From Pavona decussata (lineage: Eukaryota), in assembly GCA_977016875.1 (NCBI GenBank), contig CDRNST010000088.1, forward strand, positions 1,054,001-1,118,000: 64,000 bases of DNA, read 5' to 3'. A program made the translations under genes and the position numbers. The notes beneath the pieces were generated by a model. That model saw only the letters and a list, made by a program, of their open reading frames with translations. It was not told the DNA's origin and did not search any database. Positions within the stretch are counted from its first letter, which is position 1. Every line of letters begins with the position of its first letter. Of this stretch, positions 61,268 to 64,000 are shown piece after piece.

Positions 61268-64000
61268 TTATTCCAGATGGGGATGACTCTGTTTGTGTCC
61301 ATGAGATTCCAGCTTGGGTTTAGTCCCAGTTTTTAAGCACATGCCACCATTGGCAAGTCCATCATGGGTATACCAACCAGGGCTCACAGAGTGTGTATTA
61401 TTGTTGCCAACGTACAACTCAGACCAGTAGTGAGCCCTTGCTTGACTGTGATATATCAACCCTGTCAGTTTGTATTTCCCTTGAAATACATCAAATTCCT
61501 GGTCAACATAAGGATCCCACTTGAGTGGCAAAGCATCTGGCTTAAAAATCTCTAATATAATAAGGTTTGGAATTTGTTTTATGGTTGTAGTTCGAAGAGC
61601 AGGTTTATTGCATTTATGTGCTTGTATGTTGGGTGCACTGTCATCACTTCCAACTTGATACTTGTAATCACATGTACCGGATAAACATGAGTGTCCACCT
61701 GGTATGGCATAACGGTTGAAGTATTTCACCAAACTGTAAGAACTTTGTGGATCTGAAGGATCTGCTCGATCTTCAGGGATAATTTCATCCACTATAATTT
61801 TAAATGTGCCATTGTGCTGTTCCCTTGCTTTAAATTTGTGATCACTGAACCTTGAACATCTTCTTGAAACTGATGTAACAAAACTGAAGAATTTCCGTTC
61901 CTCCTCACTCATATAATGATGTAGTGAATGAATAATCCCTTCTAGGCTACACTGATTTCCAAGTCTATAATAGATGCGACCATTACATGTTTTATTCTGC
62001 AACCACAACCATAAGGCCATCTTACTGTCATGATGTTTGTGATTGCAGTAGAGAGTCCATGCAGATTTCAAGGCTTGAAGTGCATTAGTGTGTTGTGTGC
62101 ATGTTGTTGAGCCTGTGATAAATTGTGGATTTCTATGAAGAATTTCCAACATGACAATTAAAAAGGCATCCTGATGACAGGAGTTTGCAACGTTACCGGA
62201 ACCATTGATGTATGAGTTAAACATTAATGAAACTAGAGGCTGTTCAGAACTTTTTAATTGTGTTTCTGCTATATTTTCTCTGAAAAGAGACCTTTTAGCA
62301 GCACTGTTCTTTTTTTCAATACACTTGTCTTGATTGCAAATAACAAGTGGTCTTCTACATTTTGAACAGTGCAGGATGCGCTTGTTCTGTTTTTCTGGTT
62401 TCTGTGATTTATGACTCTTTTCCTTTGCAATCTGGGTGTCAATGTTGTCAGGACTGAAATTTGAAAGGTGAGGGAGGGAAGACAAGCTGCTTAAAGACTG
62501 TATTTCAATGACCATTTTTATTTTCTCCGAATGATCTTTGGCTTTTCTTTCCATTTCTTTTAGCTTTGGGTGAAGAGATGTTGGTGCTGCAGTTAAAGTC
62601 CAGAAGTGTTGATTCACTGCCTCTAAAAGTTCATCAATGAAAGCATTATTTCTCTGTACAATATATATTCTGGTTGTCTGTGGTGTCCAAGTGACAAAAT
62701 GGCACCAGTGTGTATTTGTTGCTTTCATGTTTAACTGCATTTGCATATAATAACATGCTGGCAGTTGCTTGTAGTGTGAGGGAAAACCACCTTTGAATGG
62801 ACACTTGTACTCAACAATACCTCTGCCAGTGATACCATGCATTCCAGTGCCCTTTATCACAACAATGTCATCTGGGGAACATCCAAACATCTCTGTGACC
62901 TTGTATTTAACTGTCCACAAACCAGTTTCAAAAACAGTATACTCATAGCATGAGTCAGCCAAGAATTTTAGGTAAGAGACCCGAGCACAGTCCTCACAAA
63001 CAGTTCCCCACTCCATTGCTAATTTATTGATGAAATTTGTGTTGTGGTTATTATCCATAATCTCTCCTTGGACAGCACTTTTCCAATAATTTTGGGCTTG
63101 AGAAAGACCAAAATGTCCAGTAATAACCCCTGCCTTGCTTGCGTTTAGTATGTTCTTCCTTGCTTCTTTCCATGCCTCTGACCGCTGTTTTAAGTAGGGA
63201 CGTATATCAGCAATTCCAGACGGTGGATGATCTTTAAGAGATTGATATTTTGGATTCTTTTCAAGGTCATTGCTTTGAAGTAATCCAACCAGTGCAGGTA
63301 AATTAAGCCACTTGGTGTTTCCCTTACTTTGCTTACACCTAGGCTTGCTGCTGTTTATGCACTGTGCTGCTAAGTGGCCTGTTAATCCACATTTGAAACA
63401 TACTTGCTTTGCTAGCCACTGTGGATCAGGGCTGTTTTTACAATTCTTTGCCCAGTGTCCTAACAGGTTACATCTCTTACATACATCTGTAGGAGCTGGC
63501 TCTTTCATGGACTTGCTCTTATGTGATGTCTTGGTAAGCTTTGCTCTAATTGCTGCAGTGTGCCCAGATACTGGAGATAAATCCTCTTTCATCAAGTGAT
63601 GTACACATCTTCTCTTAACAAATTTTCTTAAATACAGTTCCATTGCTTCTTCAGTGGCTTTACTTCCTCCACATATTAGATTGCACAAAGAGGACCACCA
63701 ACAAAATAAATCTGTGTCGTGAAGAAGTTGTGTCCATGCTGTATTGTATGAATCCTTATTGAAGCTGTGAAGGTTGAAGTATTTTGATTTAAGTTTTTGA
63801 TCCAGAAGTATGTTAAAGATCATCACATGATGTCGATTCCCCGGATCTGACAGTGAATCAAGCACTAAATGAGTAGACTTTATGAGAGTTGTTGGTAAAT
63901 ATAGCTCTATGATAGAAAGAATTTCCAAGAACTGGCATTCTAATTTTTTCTTTTGATCCTCACTATAGTTAAACAAAGCTGAACATTTTTCTCCTGCCAA
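61268..64000 (-). CDS. 5'-partial ORF (at least 910 aa): 2x CCHC zinc knuckle, YqaJ/lambda-exonuclease (PD-(D/E)xK) domain, USP/C19-like cysteine protease
   Basis: CKRCNLLGHWAKNC and CFKCGLTGHLAAQC; QRSEAWKEARKNILNAS, MEWGTVCE, GCSPDD, IVEYKCP, YYMQMQLNM, CHFVTW; Cys box GNVANSCHQDAFL and His box LTGLIYH..AHYWSEL..GWYTHDG. No stop in 2.7 kb; the frame is open at the window edge. Confidence 0.85.
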   Translation of the reverse strand: MAGEKCSALFNYSEDQKKKLECQFLEILSIIELYLPTTLIKSTHLVLDSLSDPGNRHHVMIFNILLDQKLKSKYFNLHSFNKDSYNTAWTQLLHDTDLFCWWSSLCNLICGGSKATEEAMELYLRKFVKRRCVHHLMKEDLSPVSGHTAAIRAKLTKTSHKSKSMKEPAPTDVCKRCNLLGHWAKNCKNSPDPQWLAKQVCFKCGLTGHLAAQCINSSKPRCKQSKGNTKWLNLPALVGLLQSNDLEKNPKYQSLKDHPPSGIADIRPYLKQRSEAWKEARKNILNASKAGVITGHFGLSQAQNYWKSAVQGEIMDNNHNTNFINKLAMEWGTVCEDCARVSYLKFLADSCYEYTVFETGLWTVKYKVTEMFGCSPDDIVVIKGTGMHGITGRGIVEYKCPFKGGFPSHYKQLPACYYMQMQLNMKATNTHWCHFVTWTPQTTRIYIVQRNNAFIDELLEAVNQHFWTLTAAPTSLHPKLKEMERKAKDHSEKIKMVIEIQSLSSLSSLPHLSNFSPDNIDTQIAKEKSHKSQKPEKQNKRILHCSKCRRPLVICNQDKCIEKKNSAAKRSLFRENIAETQLKSSEQPLVSLMFNSYINGSGNVANSCHQDAFLIVMLEILHRNPQFITGSTTCTQHTNALQALKSAWTLYCNHKHHDSKMALWLWLQNKTCNGRIYYRLGNQCSLEGIIHSLHHYMSEEERKFFSFVTSVSRRCSRFSDHKFKAREQHNGTFKIIVDEIIPEDRADPSDPQSSYSLVKYFNRYAIPGGHSCLSGTCDYKYQVGSDDSAPNIQAHKCNKPALRTTTIKQIPNLIILEIFKPDALPLKWDPYVDQEFDVFQGKYKLTGLIYHSQARAHYWSELYVGNNNTHSVSPGWYTHDGLANGGMCLKTGTKPKLESHGHKQSHPHLE

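Noticed and set aside
61268-64000. Prophage or bacterial contamination (lambda exonuclease, integrase-like ORFs)
   Set aside because: The domain is fused to eukaryotic CCHC and USP-like domains, it is surrounded by intron-containing eukaryotic TEs, and there are no phage structural genes or operons.

Overview
Eukaryotic (metazoan) DNA, not prokaryotic: it has spliceosomal GT-AG introns, a tRNA-derived SINE, MITEs and eukaryotic transposon superfamilies. The repeat families resemble those of scleractinian corals/cnidarians (inference). Almost the whole window is a nested pile of transposable elements and I find no clear host gene. From left to right: a Harbinger transposase stub; an Academ-type element (RecQ helicase plus DUF6589 transposase with a RAG1-N-terminus-like Zn finger) split by a 6.8-kb MULE; a DIRS retroelement broken by an apparent 1.6-kb inversion and by a structurally complete 9.8-kb IS3EU DNA transposon (6-bp TSD, long TIRs, DDE transposase and a spliced ~720-aa HECT E3 ligase ORF), which itself holds a Sola3-like foldback; two Gypsy remnants; a Harbinger Myb/SANT ORF; piggyBac; a Zator-like transposase next to a spliced SF3/AAA+-like ATPase; a RING-finger ORF; a 7.9-kb MULE (ZSWIM3-like, SWIM, PHD) with a nested Crypton tyrosine recombinase; and an uninterrupted ORF of at least 910 aa fusing CCHC knuckles, a YqaJ/lambda-exonuclease domain and a USP-like protease. 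Every recognisable protein-coding remnant from 22.9 kb to 64 kb is on the minus strand, which suggests a uni-strand piRNA-cluster-like locus. All family assignments come from motif recognition by eye; no database search was run.
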